Of a DNA stretch of 63,343 nucleotides, positions 1 to 9,273 are shown piece by piece. Each line of letters opens with the position of its first letter. Within the stretch, counting starts at the first letter, position 1. This DNA comes from an uncultured Gammaproteobacteria bacterium. GTDB lineage: Bacteria; Patescibacteriota; Patescibacteriia; Magasanikbacterales; UBA922. The notes under the pieces were generated by a model. That model was given only the letters and a program-made list of their open reading frames with translations. It had not been told where the DNA came from and did not search any database. The stretch is taken from positions 1 through 63,343 of the forward strand of contig CAYUTO010000005.1 of assembly GCA_964447765.1 (NCBI GenBank), in the 5' to 3' direction. The translations under genes and the position numbers were made by a program.

Positions 1-142
1 GATCAATTTCCGCAAGCACAAAAAAATATCCCTGGTTTTCTCCATCTGGTTTACCAGGGGAAGCGATATGGAGGAGTACGTGGGATAGGTGACTATTTTT
101 TCCTTCAACAAAAAATTCGTATACTTCACTTTTTATAGACAT
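1..142 (-). CDS. Hypothetical protein, N-terminal 47 codons; runs off the window edge
   Basis: Manual translation from ATG at 142: MSIKSEVYEFFVEGKNSHLSHVLLHIASPGKPDGENQGYFFVLAEID, no stop before base 1; not in the ORF track. Confidence 0.6.
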   Translation of the reverse strand, partial: MSIKSEVYEFFVEGKNSHLSHVLLHIASPGKPDGENQGYFFVLAEID

Positions 143-241
143 AGCTTTTGACACTATAATACCTACATAGTATACTACAGACTGTCTATTTCGCAATAAC
201 GTACCCCTTTATTTTGCTTAAATACACAAGTTTTCAATCGT

Positions 242-841
242 ATGCTCGAACACTTATTTGGCTCAAAGACGCGAGTCAAAACTCTTAAATTACTATACCG
301 AAGGCCTGATCGACCTTTTTTTGTTCGTGAACTTTCTCGGGAAATTGGCGTACAGATCAATGCTGTGCGGAGGGAATTAGAGCTATTATTGAGGCTTGGC
401 ATTATTTTGGAGAAAACAGACACTAAGCCGGCCGACGTAGAGAAAGCAGGGGTCACGCTCCGTAAATATTATCAGTTGAACCCTGAATCATTATTGTACA
501 CAGAATTGCAGGCTCTTCTTATCAAAGAGACAGTTATCGAACAAAAACAGTTTATTGATGACCTGAGCACAAAAATTGGAGATATTAAATTGCTTATTTT
601 GACGGGTGCATTTACTCATGATATCAAGGTCGAGACTGATCTACTTATCATTGGTGTCGTAAAACTCCGTGCGCTCTCAAAACTTATTGAACACTACCAA
701 CATGAGATGGGATTTGATATCCGCTATACGATTATGACTGAAGATGAGTTTATTGATCGCAGATATGTGATGGATAAATTTTTATTCTCGATTTTTGAAG
801 CAGAACATGTCAAAGTTATTGATCAGATAACACAGAACTAG
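242..841 (+). CDS. Winged-HTH (ArsR-like) protein fused to a minimal nucleotidyltransferase-like domain
   Basis: N-terminal FVRELSREIGVQINAVRRELELL helix-turn-helix; C-terminal LTGAF...ETDLLIIG resembles the Pol-beta superfamily G[SG]...DxD motif. Confidence 0.7.
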   Translation: MLEHLFGSKTRVKTLKLLYRRPDRPFFVRELSREIGVQINAVRRELELLLRLGIILEKTDTKPADVEKAGVTLRKYYQLNPESLLYTELQALLIKETVIEQKQFIDDLSTKIGDIKLLILTGAFTHDIKVETDLLIIGVVKLRALSKLIEHYQHEMGFDIRYTIMTEDEFIDRRYVMDKFLFSIFEAEHVKVIDQITQN

Positions 842-843
842 GT

Positions 844-1233
844 ATGTACTTGTTTATTGATCCTGCGTCTCAAGACTCAATTCGATTGGTCGTCTTTTCA
901 AATAACACCTCTCGTGAACATGTATTTGAGGTAAGGAATAGGGATCTTCTGTTAGTTATTGTGGAAGCGCTTGATCGAGAGCGTGTAGCACTTGCAGATT
1001 TGCAAGGAATCGTAGTACTAGTTGGCGAAGGTAGGTTTTCCAGTACGCGAATTGCGAGCGTTGTTGGGAACACACTGTCGTATGTGCTACATATTCCAGT
1101 AGTTGCGACTACGAGAGGTGGTGAGCCGACGGATGCGACTATTGAGACCTTTTTTGCTGCATCGGATACTTCATATTACATTACTCCGACGTATAGTGGT
1201 GAGCCACATATTGGCACACATTCACCATCCTAA
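844..1233 (+). CDS. tsaB: Shortened TsaB/YeaZ-like t6A biosynthesis protein
   Basis: LFIDPA start, GIVVLVGEGRFSSTRIA (cf. GPGSFTGLRIG), LSYVLHIPVV; only 129 aa. Confidence 0.75.
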   Translation: MYLFIDPASQDSIRLVVFSNNTSREHVFEVRNRDLLLVIVEALDRERVALADLQGIVVLVGEGRFSSTRIASVVGNTLSYVLHIPVVATTRGGEPTDATIETFFAASDTSYYITPTYSGEPHIGTHSPS

Positions 1234-1240
1234 ATTTTCT

Positions 1241-2725
1241 ATGCTTTCACCCTATCAACGTTATCGTTTGTACGAAATGCTTCCGGGCATCTCTATATGG
1301 GGTACCCTCATTCTCGCGGTCGTTTTTTCTTTTTTATATCCGCTTGCAATGATTTACTTTATTATTATTTTTGATATCTATTGGGTGCTTAAAGTATTTA
1401 ATTTTTCTTTTTACTTAATCGTATCGTGGATTAGATACCGCAAAGTACAGCGGATTGATTGGAAAGACGCACTTCAGCATGATATTCCTGATGCCACACG
1501 CTTGCGTCACGTTGTTTTTTTGACTGTTCTTAATGAAACGTGGGATGTGGTCGAGGGTGCGGTCGCAAGTGTTGCGGCTTCTGTGTACAATCCGTCGTTG
1601 TTTACTTTGGTTATTGCTGGAGAAGAGCGTCAGGCGGAACATTGCAGATCATTGTTTCAAAAGATAGAAACTCGTTTTTCTGGTGTATTTGACCATATCG
1701 CTTTTACCCTTCATCCAAGTAACCTTCCTGATGAAATTCCAGGTAAAGGTTCTAATTTGCATTTTGCTGAAGGTGAAATGAAGAAGTATATTGATCAGCG
1801 TGGTTGGAAATATGAAGACGTAATTATTACGGTGTTTGATATTGATACGGTATGTCATCCTAATTATTTTGCGTATTTAACCTATACCTACGCTACTCAT
1901 CCAAATCCAACAAAGAGTTCATATCAACCGATCGCGCTCTACAATAATAATATGTGGGAGTCACCATCGGTGTTGCGTATTATGGCATTTGGTACCACAT
2001 TTTGGATGATGATGTCTCTTGCCCGTCAAGATTCGCTTGTTACATTTTCTTCACATTCGATGAGTTTCAAGGCACTAGTTGATGCAGGATTTCATGATAA
2101 ACGTATCGTGAGTGAGGATTCACGAATTTTTTATCAGTGTTTGCTTACATATAACGGGAAATATGAGGTAACTCCATTATATATCCCCGTATCGATGGAT
2201 ACGGTTCGGGATACTTCCTGGTGGCAGAGTATTCGAAATCTGTATCGGCAGCAGAGACGTTGGGCGTGGGGAGTAGAGCATGTACCGTTTTTATTGTGGG
2301 AATTTAGGAAAAAAGGAAAATTGATACCATGGTATACTAAATTTAAATGGCTTTTTATCGAATGGGAAGGTAAATGGTCGTGGTGTCTTGCAGCTCTTCT
2401 CATTACTATTCTTGGTAGATTCCCACTCTGGGTTGCTAGTCCAAGTATTAGACAAAGTGCACTGTATTTTAATGCTCCGCATTTACTTGAAATTCTTATG
2501 ACTGCTGCTATGAGTGGACTTATTCTTTCCGCGATGCTCAGTTTACCACTTCTCCCTCCTCGACCACAGTCACATCCAAAATATCGGTATGTAATCATGG
2601 TGTTGCAATGGATTTTATTACCTGTTTCAATGCTTTTTGTTGCTGCAGCTCCAGGTATTGATGCGGTAACGCATCTTATGCGTGGTAAATATTTAGGATT
2701 TAACATTTCTCAAAAAAAACGTTAA
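1241..2725 (+). CDS. Membrane GT2 glycosyltransferase with processive-synthase motifs
   Basis: N- and C-terminal TM helices, FDIDT (DxD), SED, QQRRW; start moved from track GTG 1103 (overlaps tsaB) to ATG 1241. Confidence 0.8.
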   Translation: MLSPYQRYRLYEMLPGISIWGTLILAVVFSFLYPLAMIYFIIIFDIYWVLKVFNFSFYLIVSWIRYRKVQRIDWKDALQHDIPDATRLRHVVFLTVLNETWDVVEGAVASVAASVYNPSLFTLVIAGEERQAEHCRSLFQKIETRFSGVFDHIAFTLHPSNLPDEIPGKGSNLHFAEGEMKKYIDQRGWKYEDVIITVFDIDTVCHPNYFAYLTYTYATHPNPTKSSYQPIALYNNNMWESPSVLRIMAFGTTFWMMMSLARQDSLVTFSSHSMSFKALVDAGFHDKRIVSEDSRIFYQCLLTYNGKYEVTPLYIPVSMDTVRDTSWWQSIRNLYRQQRRWAWGVEHVPFLLWEFRKKGKLIPWYTKFKWLFIEWEGKWSWCLAALLITILGRFPLWVASPSIRQSALYFNAPHLLEILMTAAMSGLILSAMLSLPLLPPRPQSHPKYRYVIMVLQWILLPVSMLFVAAAPGIDAVTHLMRGKYLGFNISQKKR

Positions 2726-2729
2726 TTAT

Positions 2730-4208
2730 ATGTTTTTACAGACCAAGCCTAAAGAAGAGAAAAGAAAGAAATTGCCTTATATATTGCTGGGTATTTTTTT
2801 AGTACTGACGTTACTTGGTCTTACTGCATATTACAGTATTCGACATATTGGAATTGAAGGATTTCTCTCGTCTAATTTTGTACAGAAACAAATTACTAAG
2901 CATGTTGGTGGAGCTGAGGGTGATATTTTTGAGCTATTACCAACAGCACTTGGTTTTGATGAGCCAAAGACCTATTTGGTTTTATTTTTGAATAATACGG
3001 AGATGCGTCCGGGTGGGGGATTTATTGGTGTGTATGGTACCGTTCGGGTTACGGGCGGACATATTGAGGTTTTGAAAGTTGAAGGAACCGAAATACTGGA
3101 TAATCAATCTTCACCTGTTAATGTTCCTGTTCCACCGACTCCCTTGTCTCAATATCTGAAAGTTTCGGGATGGTATTTTAGGGATAGTAATTGGTCTCCA
3201 GATTTTAGTGAGAGCTCAAAACAGGGGCTCGCGTTGTATGCTCGTGAAAATGGTGTTGCGGCAGAAGAGATTGATGCGGTTATTGGAGTTACAGCAACAG
3301 TTCTTGAAGAACTTATGAAAAAAACGGGACCACTTACTATTAATGGAATTACGTTTACTCCAGAAAATGTAATAGAAGAGCTTGAGCATGAGGTTGAATA
3401 TAAATTTGTTGACCGTGGAATTTCTCGAAGTGATCGTAAAGGTATTATCGAACCTTTTATGCTTGCGATTATTGATAAATTAAAGAGCGATGTGTTGCGT
3501 CATCCTTTCGAATATCGAACACTGGCTGAAAAGTTATTACATGAAAAGCATATTATTTTGTATGCTCTTGATTCAGATATCCAAAACACTTTACGTGAGC
3601 ACTCAGCGGATGGAAGTATGGTTGATACGAACGGTGACTATCTATTGTGGGTGGATGCAAATCTCGGGGCGCTCAAAACTGATCATGCGATTACGCGCAC
3701 ATTGTCTTACACGATTCAACCACGAATGTCTGCTACGGGTGATCGGTATTATGAAGCGACAGCAACGATGAAGTATGTGCATTCACTACCGTTTGATTGG
3801 AGAACGTCTCGATATCGAACGTACTCACGAGTTTTTGTGCCACAAGGATCTGAATTAATTTCGACTGTTGGTTCAATGGCGACTGATCAAAGTGTTGAGA
3901 GTGGTGTTGAAAAAAATAAACAATGGTTTGGCACTTTTGTTTCAGTTGAACCTCTTACTACTCAGTCTCTTACCTTCACCTATCGTTTACCCGATTCTCT
4001 TGAGTCATCTATTGATCAGGGTCTGTATACACTGTTAGTTCAAAAACAAATTGGACTGGTGGGTGGCTCATTGACGCTCGACCTTGATTTTGATACAACT
4101 ATTCAGGCGGCAGAGATTCCTGAAATTGAATCTGAGTGGGGTGATGATGTGTACCGAATAGATATGCCTTTAGTTACTGATTTGAATTTTGAGGTTACCC
4201 TAAAGTAA
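2730..4208 (+). CDS. DUF4012-like membrane-anchored protein
   Basis: N-terminal TM; YLVLFLNNTEMRPGGGFIG, FRDSNWSPDF, VDANLGALKTD motifs. Confidence 0.75.
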   Translation: MFLQTKPKEEKRKKLPYILLGIFLVLTLLGLTAYYSIRHIGIEGFLSSNFVQKQITKHVGGAEGDIFELLPTALGFDEPKTYLVLFLNNTEMRPGGGFIGVYGTVRVTGGHIEVLKVEGTEILDNQSSPVNVPVPPTPLSQYLKVSGWYFRDSNWSPDFSESSKQGLALYARENGVAAEEIDAVIGVTATVLEELMKKTGPLTINGITFTPENVIEELEHEVEYKFVDRGISRSDRKGIIEPFMLAIIDKLKSDVLRHPFEYRTLAEKLLHEKHIILYALDSDIQNTLREHSADGSMVDTNGDYLLWVDANLGALKTDHAITRTLSYTIQPRMSATGDRYYEATATMKYVHSLPFDWRTSRYRTYSRVFVPQGSELISTVGSMATDQSVESGVEKNKQWFGTFVSVEPLTTQSLTFTYRLPDSLESSIDQGLYTLLVQKQIGLVGGSLTLDLDFDTTIQAAEIPEIESEWGDDVYRIDMPLVTDLNFEVTLK

Positions 4209-4212
4209 TAGT

Positions 4213-5214
4213 ATGCGTAAAGTAGGAATTGATCTTGGTACCACAAATATTTTGGTATATATTCCAAAACGAGGGATTGTAGTAAACGAACCTTCTGTTG
4301 TTGCTATCTCAAAAGAAGATAGGAGAGTATTGGCGGTAGGAGCAGAAGCAAAAGAAATGATTGGTAGAACTCCTGATACGATTATCGCTGAGCGTCCGTT
4401 AAAAGATGGAGTTATTGCGAGTTACAAAACTACGGAAGCGATGCTTCGTTATTTTATTAATAAAGCACTAGGGGGAATTCGCTTATTTCGCCCTGAAGTG
4501 ATGGTCGCCGTACCTGCGGGGATTACCTCAACCGAGAGAAGAGCGGTGATTGACGCGGCTATGGCAGCTGGTGCAAAAGCGGCATATATTATTAAAGAGC
4601 CTATTGTTGCGGCAATTGGAGCTGATATTCCTATTGGCTCTCCATCTGGGCATATGATTATTGATATTGGTGGAGGAACTGCTGAAATTGCGGTTATTTC
4701 GCTGGGGGGAATTGTATCAGTTGGATCAGTGCGTATTGGAGGAAATAGGTTTGATCTATCAATTGCTGAATTTATACGCAGAAAATATGGACTTGCTATT
4801 GGAGAACAAAGTGCTGAAGAAGTGAAGATCCAGATTGGAAGTGCCATGTTTATGGATACCCCGCTCACTATGGATGTAAAGGGGAGAGATATGGTTACAG
4901 GTCTTCCACGTACGGTTACGGTCACGTCTGATGATACTACTGAAGCCTTGCAACATGATCTCGAAGGACTTATCGAGGCCGTAAAAGAAGTGTTGAATCG
5001 TACCCCTCCTGAACTCTCTGCTGATGTGATGAATAAAGGTATTATTATGTCTGGGGGATCAAGTTTGCTCAGAAATCTTGATGAGCTTATTGCGCAAGCA
5101 ATTGGGGTTGCGGCGTATGTGGCTGAAGAGCCATTGCTTTGTGTTGCAAAAGGCACGGGTATTGCGCTTGAGAATCTTGATAATTATAAACGATCGATTG
5201 TGTCGACGAGGTAA
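4213..5214 (+). CDS. mreB: Rod shape-determining protein MreB/Mbl
   Basis: IDLGTTN, EPSVVA, RPLKDGVIA, IDIGGGT, GGSSLL. Confidence 0.95.
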   Translation: MRKVGIDLGTTNILVYIPKRGIVVNEPSVVAISKEDRRVLAVGAEAKEMIGRTPDTIIAERPLKDGVIASYKTTEAMLRYFINKALGGIRLFRPEVMVAVPAGITSTERRAVIDAAMAAGAKAAYIIKEPIVAAIGADIPIGSPSGHMIIDIGGGTAEIAVISLGGIVSVGSVRIGGNRFDLSIAEFIRRKYGLAIGEQSAEEVKIQIGSAMFMDTPLTMDVKGRDMVTGLPRTVTVTSDDTTEALQHDLEGLIEAVKEVLNRTPPELSADVMNKGIIMSGGSSLLRNLDELIAQAIGVAAYVAEEPLLCVAKGTGIALENLDNYKRSIVSTR

Positions 5215-5282
5215 TTAACAACTAACAAGGAACAATTAGCAAAAATTTAAACTTGTTAATTGTTAGTTGCTCATTGTTAATT
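5213..5282. repeat. Periodic palindrome, AAyTAAC heptamer family (copy 1)
   Basis: Left arm AATTAAC AACTAAC AAGGAAC AATTAGC AA (5213-5242); right arm 5253-5282 reads on the minus strand AATTAAC AATGAGC AACTAAC AATTAAC AA; 10-bp loop. Confidence 0.8.
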
Positions 5283-5289
5283 TTATTTT

Positions 5290-6459
5290 ATGATCATCGG
5301 TATTGACGCATCTCTAGTGGCTCGGGAACAACGTACGGGGGTGGAGTCGTATGCGTTTCAGATTATTACGCATTTGAGTACCGTTATTCCTTCTGAAGTT
5401 GAGGTTCGGCTCTACAGTGATCGTGCGCTCCCTACAAATTTTGTACAACGTATCCCTGCGCATTGGAAACAGATAATTCTTGCCTGGCCCCCTCGATTTT
5501 TGTGGACCCAAGTTCGGCTTAGTTTTGAGATGTTACAACATCCTCCAGATATTTTATTTGTGCCGGGACATGTAGAACCGGTGATTCAACCAAAAGCCAC
5601 TCTCATGATGGTACATGATGTAGCTGCATGGAGAGTTCCTCGTGCGTATTCAAAATTTGATCGGTGGTATACACTTTTTTTGACCATGAGGGCAGTACAG
5701 AAAAATCCAGTGATTCTTACTCCGAGTTTTTTTACTAAACAAGAATTAGAACAATTAGTACATGAACGAAAAATTACCAAAAAAGCTGAAGTATTGGTTA
5801 TTCCTCATGGTCATGTTTCTCGACGGATTACTGTTCCCACTACTCCTGCAAAAGTTTTTGTTCGCTACGGAATTGATCAAAATACTCGTTATATACTTTG
5901 TGTTGGTCGAATTGAATATAAAAAGAATATTGATACAATACTTTCCGCATTTGAGAAATTAAAGTCAGAAAACCCTGAACACACTACTCTGAAACTGGTA
6001 CTTGCGGGAAAGCCAGGTGTTGGATATGAGGATATACAGAGTTTGATTGCTTGCAGTCGGTACCGGACAGATATTATTGAAACTGGATGGCTTCATGAAG
6101 ATGAACTAATGCAACTATTTTTCCATGCGCGTGTATTGGCTTTTGTGAGTCGATATGAAGGATTTGGTTTTCCTGTTTTGGAGGCACTTGATCTTGGTGT
6201 TCCTGTTGTTGCTTCTCGTGGTATAGGTTTAGAAGAGGTGGGTGGAGTGTGTGTGACCTATGTATCTTCTACTGATCCAGATCAGATTTCTCGGGCAATA
6301 CAGAAAAGTCTTTCTCTTTCTTCGGCTGCTCGTCTTGAATTTGGAGCTCAGGCACGTGCGCATGTATCGCAGTTTTCTTGGGCTCGTTCTGCTGAGGCAA
6401 CCTATGGAGCTATCACGAGGGCATATGAAATTGCCGAGGCGAGTAAGCGTGTGATATGA
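5290..6459 (+). CDS. GT4 (glycosyltransferase family 1) protein
   Basis: MIIGIDAS...TGVESY start, VGRIEYKKN, SRYEGFGFPVLEAL. Confidence 0.9.
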   Translation: MIIGIDASLVAREQRTGVESYAFQIITHLSTVIPSEVEVRLYSDRALPTNFVQRIPAHWKQIILAWPPRFLWTQVRLSFEMLQHPPDILFVPGHVEPVIQPKATLMMVHDVAAWRVPRAYSKFDRWYTLFLTMRAVQKNPVILTPSFFTKQELEQLVHERKITKKAEVLVIPHGHVSRRITVPTTPAKVFVRYGIDQNTRYILCVGRIEYKKNIDTILSAFEKLKSENPEHTTLKLVLAGKPGVGYEDIQSLIACSRYRTDIIETGWLHEDELMQLFFHARVLAFVSRYEGFGFPVLEALDLGVPVVASRGIGLEEVGGVCVTYVSSTDPDQISRAIQKSLSLSSAARLEFGAQARAHVSQFSWARSAEATYGAITRAYEIAEASKRVI

Positions 6460-6474
6460 TTGTCTACAAGAACT

Positions 6475-7389
6475 ATGTCATGTATTGGTCATGAAAAAAT
6501 AATTTCTTTTTTTGATGCTTGTATTTCAGAGCGTAAGCTTAGTCATGCCTATGTTTTTTCTGGTCCACGGCATGTAGGTAAACGAACAATTGCTAATACT
6601 ATTGCACGAACTATTCTTGGTATTTCTCGGGACCAGGCACTGGTACATCCTGATTTGATTGTGGTTCAGCGGGAACTCGATGAGAAGACAGAAACTTTGA
6701 AAAAAGATATTAGTGTTACTCAGATTCGAGATTTGATCCATCGATTGAGTCAGAGTGCTTTTGCAAAAGATGGATATACTGTTGCAATTGTTGACGGAGC
6801 TGAACATATGAATGCGGCAGGAGCGAATGCGCTTTTGAAAACACTTGAGGAGCCACGAGCACGTACGATAGTTTTTCTTATTACTCAGGATGAGTACACA
6901 TTGTTACCTACTATCCGATCTCGGACGCAGTCAATATATTTTTCTCTCGTTGGTGTAGAAAAAATTAAAACGTACCTAGAATCTGTGGGTATTCCGGCTG
7001 GTCAGGCGGAGGAATATGCACATGAAGCTCATGGTTTGCCTGGATATGCCTGTGATTGGGCGCATGATTCGACTCTCTATGAATATCATGTGTCTCTCAA
7101 GCAGCGCTGCGTATCACTTATGCATATTCCGTTTTATGAGAAGATCAAAAAAATAGAAGAATTTTTTCAAGATAAAGATGACCATATTGAAGCGAGGGCA
7201 CGGATAATCGACATGCTTGGAGTTTGGACATTTACACTTCGTGATATAATGACGCTACACTCGTCTAATTCTGAGAGTCGATATGTAGTTTCTCAGGTAT
7301 TGGATTCAATACGTCACGCAGAAAAACAATTAAAACAGAATATTCACCCTAGATTAATTCTCGAGCATATCATGCTCGCACTACCTTAA
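6475..7389 (+). CDS. holB: DNA polymerase III subunit delta-prime
   Basis: SHAYVFSGPRHVGK, HPD, AANALLKTLEEP, LLPTIRSR; ATG 6475 preferred over TTG 6460. Confidence 0.9.
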   Translation: MSCIGHEKIISFFDACISERKLSHAYVFSGPRHVGKRTIANTIARTILGISRDQALVHPDLIVVQRELDEKTETLKKDISVTQIRDLIHRLSQSAFAKDGYTVAIVDGAEHMNAAGANALLKTLEEPRARTIVFLITQDEYTLLPTIRSRTQSIYFSLVGVEKIKTYLESVGIPAGQAEEYAHEAHGLPGYACDWAHDSTLYEYHVSLKQRCVSLMHIPFYEKIKKIEEFFQDKDDHIEARARIIDMLGVWTFTLRDIMTLHSSNSESRYVVSQVLDSIRHAEKQLKQNIHPRLILEHIMLALP

Positions 7390-7402
7390 TTATCCAGTTC
7401 GT

Positions 7403-8488
7403 ATGAAACGATCGCTTTCATCCATCTTTCTTTTATTCATCGTTATTGTCTTAAGTGGGCAAGCGTGTGTTGTTTTTGGAAGTAAGAAAAATACAGCACT
7501 TGGTCCTGCGGGAGTCTGGGTTACGACCGAGAATGGTGAATCGTGGACGCATATTGTGTCAGTTCCTACTGCTACAGGAGTGGTGCAAGTTCCACAAGCT
7601 GGAGTGTACAAGCTTGTTGATGATCCTCAAGATTCTCGTGCGCTTTATTGGGCATCGAGAGAAGATGGAATTTTTTATACTTATGATGATGGAAGAACGT
7701 GGACTCGCGCTGAAGCTCCGCTAAACACTGGATTAGTATATAGTATTGCAGTGCACCCTAAAGAAAAATGTACTATTTATGCTTCGAATGGAAGACAGGT
7801 CTTCAAAACACTCGACTGTATGCGTTCGTGGACTGAAGTATATCGAGAAAATCGTGCTGAATTTGTTGTGACTTCAGTTTCTATCAATCCGTTCAATCCT
7901 TTTGAAGTGCTCACGGCAACAAGTGCGGGTGATTTGTATGAGAGTGCCGATGGGGGAAATTCATGGCAAGTAAATACTCGACTTAATAGGACAGACATTC
8001 GTGAGGTGGTCTTTGATCAGAATAAAGAAGGAATTATTTATTTAGCTACCAGAGAAAGTGGATTATATCGTACGCGTGATGGGGGAGTTACGTGGGAAAA
8101 TCTTGCTCCTAATTTTAAGGAATACGCAGGTTCTTTACAGTTCCGTAGATTTATGGTATATCCTTCCAAAGCCGAGCAAATTTTCTGGGTTTCAAAATAC
8201 GGAATCCTAACGTCACGTAATTCTGGAGAAGAGTGGGAGCCAATCTCTCTCGTGACTCCTCCTGGAAGCGTCGACATCTATGGATTTTCAGTTAACCCAA
8301 AAAATGATAAAGAAATGTATTACACGGGGAGTATTGGGGATCGTTCTACGTTTTACCGGAGTATTGATGGTGGGGTGACCTGGGAAACACGTAAGCTGCC
8401 TACAAAACAAACCCCTACTGCACTTCGTGTCCACCCTGAGCAAGAGGGGTGGGTGTACCTCGGATTTACGACGATTATGAAGAAATAA
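7403..8488 (+). CDS. Secreted Asp-box/BNR beta-propeller protein with a lipobox-like signal
   Basis: Hydrophobic leader ending LSGQAC; about 7 Asp-boxes (TYDDGRTW, SADGGNSW, TRDGGVTW, SIDGGVTW, etc.). Confidence 0.8.
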   Translation: MKRSLSSIFLLFIVIVLSGQACVVFGSKKNTALGPAGVWVTTENGESWTHIVSVPTATGVVQVPQAGVYKLVDDPQDSRALYWASREDGIFYTYDDGRTWTRAEAPLNTGLVYSIAVHPKEKCTIYASNGRQVFKTLDCMRSWTEVYRENRAEFVVTSVSINPFNPFEVLTATSAGDLYESADGGNSWQVNTRLNRTDIREVVFDQNKEGIIYLATRESGLYRTRDGGVTWENLAPNFKEYAGSLQFRRFMVYPSKAEQIFWVSKYGILTSRNSGEEWEPISLVTPPGSVDIYGFSVNPKNDKEMYYTGSIGDRSTFYRSIDGGVTWETRKLPTKQTPTALRVHPEQEGWVYLGFTTIMKK

Positions 8489-8563
8489 ATTTAAATTGAG
8501 ATATCAAATCGTTCTCTTGTATATTTCGTGTAATGGGTAATTAATCAGTGTAATCAATGTCAT

Positions 8564-9109
8564 ATGACTTCAGAATATAAAGCACAAATACATAAATCAC
8601 TTGAGCATTTGAAGCAAGATATCTCGAGTCTTCGTACGGGTCGTGCGACACCTGCGATTGTTGAAGATATTATGATTGAAGCTTATGGTATGAAACAGCC
8701 AGTCAAAGCGCTCGCATCAATTTCGGTTTTGGATGCAAAAACTCTTGCGATTGAACCATGGGATAAGAGTATTATCCAGGCCCTTGATACTGGACTTCGT
8801 ATGTCTGATTTGGGGATAAACCCGGTCAATGACGGAAAAATGATTCGATTGCCGCTTCCTGAGCTTAGTCAGGATCGTAGACAGGAACTTATCAAGGTTC
8901 TACATACAAAATTAGAAAGCGCTCGAATTGTTCTCCGAAAACTTCGCGAAGAAGCTCGTGAAAGTGTGGATATCCAGGAAGAGCATGGATCTATTAGTGA
9001 AGATCAGAAGTATAAATTGCATGACGAAATTGAAAAACTTGCGAAAGAGGCAAATGAAAAGGTCAAAGAGATTGGTGAGGAAAAAGAAGTGGAGATTTTG
9101 AAAGTGTAG
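8564..9109 (+). CDS. frr: Ribosome recycling factor
   Basis: LRTGRATP, IEPWDKS, GINPVNDG, LPLPELSQDRR. Confidence 0.97.
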   Translation: MTSEYKAQIHKSLEHLKQDISSLRTGRATPAIVEDIMIEAYGMKQPVKALASISVLDAKTLAIEPWDKSIIQALDTGLRMSDLGINPVNDGKMIRLPLPELSQDRRQELIKVLHTKLESARIVLRKLREEARESVDIQEEHGSISEDQKYKLHDEIEKLAKEANEKVKEIGEEKEVEILKV

Positions 9110-9127
9110 GTGTGGATAGTGTGTAAT

Positions 9128-9157
9128 AAAAAATTGGCTTACAAGCCAATTTTTTTT
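9128..9157 (+). terminator. Intrinsic terminator after frr
   Basis: AAAAAATTGGCTT-AC-AAGCCAATTTTTT inverted repeat with T-run. Confidence 0.8.
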
Positions 9158-9273
9158 GTATTTATAATATGTAAAAGAGTTATAGTCTACTGTTCATACC
9201 TTTATACACGTTTTTTATTTGGAGCTTTTCTTCAAAAATGATATACTTTGGAATATATTTTTAGATACGCACA

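Noticed and set aside
4449-5156. 235-aa antisense ORF over mreB (likewise 2134-2706, 11479-11961, 47244-47828, 49838-50338, 54010-54480, 61241-61774)
   Set aside because: Shadow frames of well-conserved genes with no recognisable motifs of their own.
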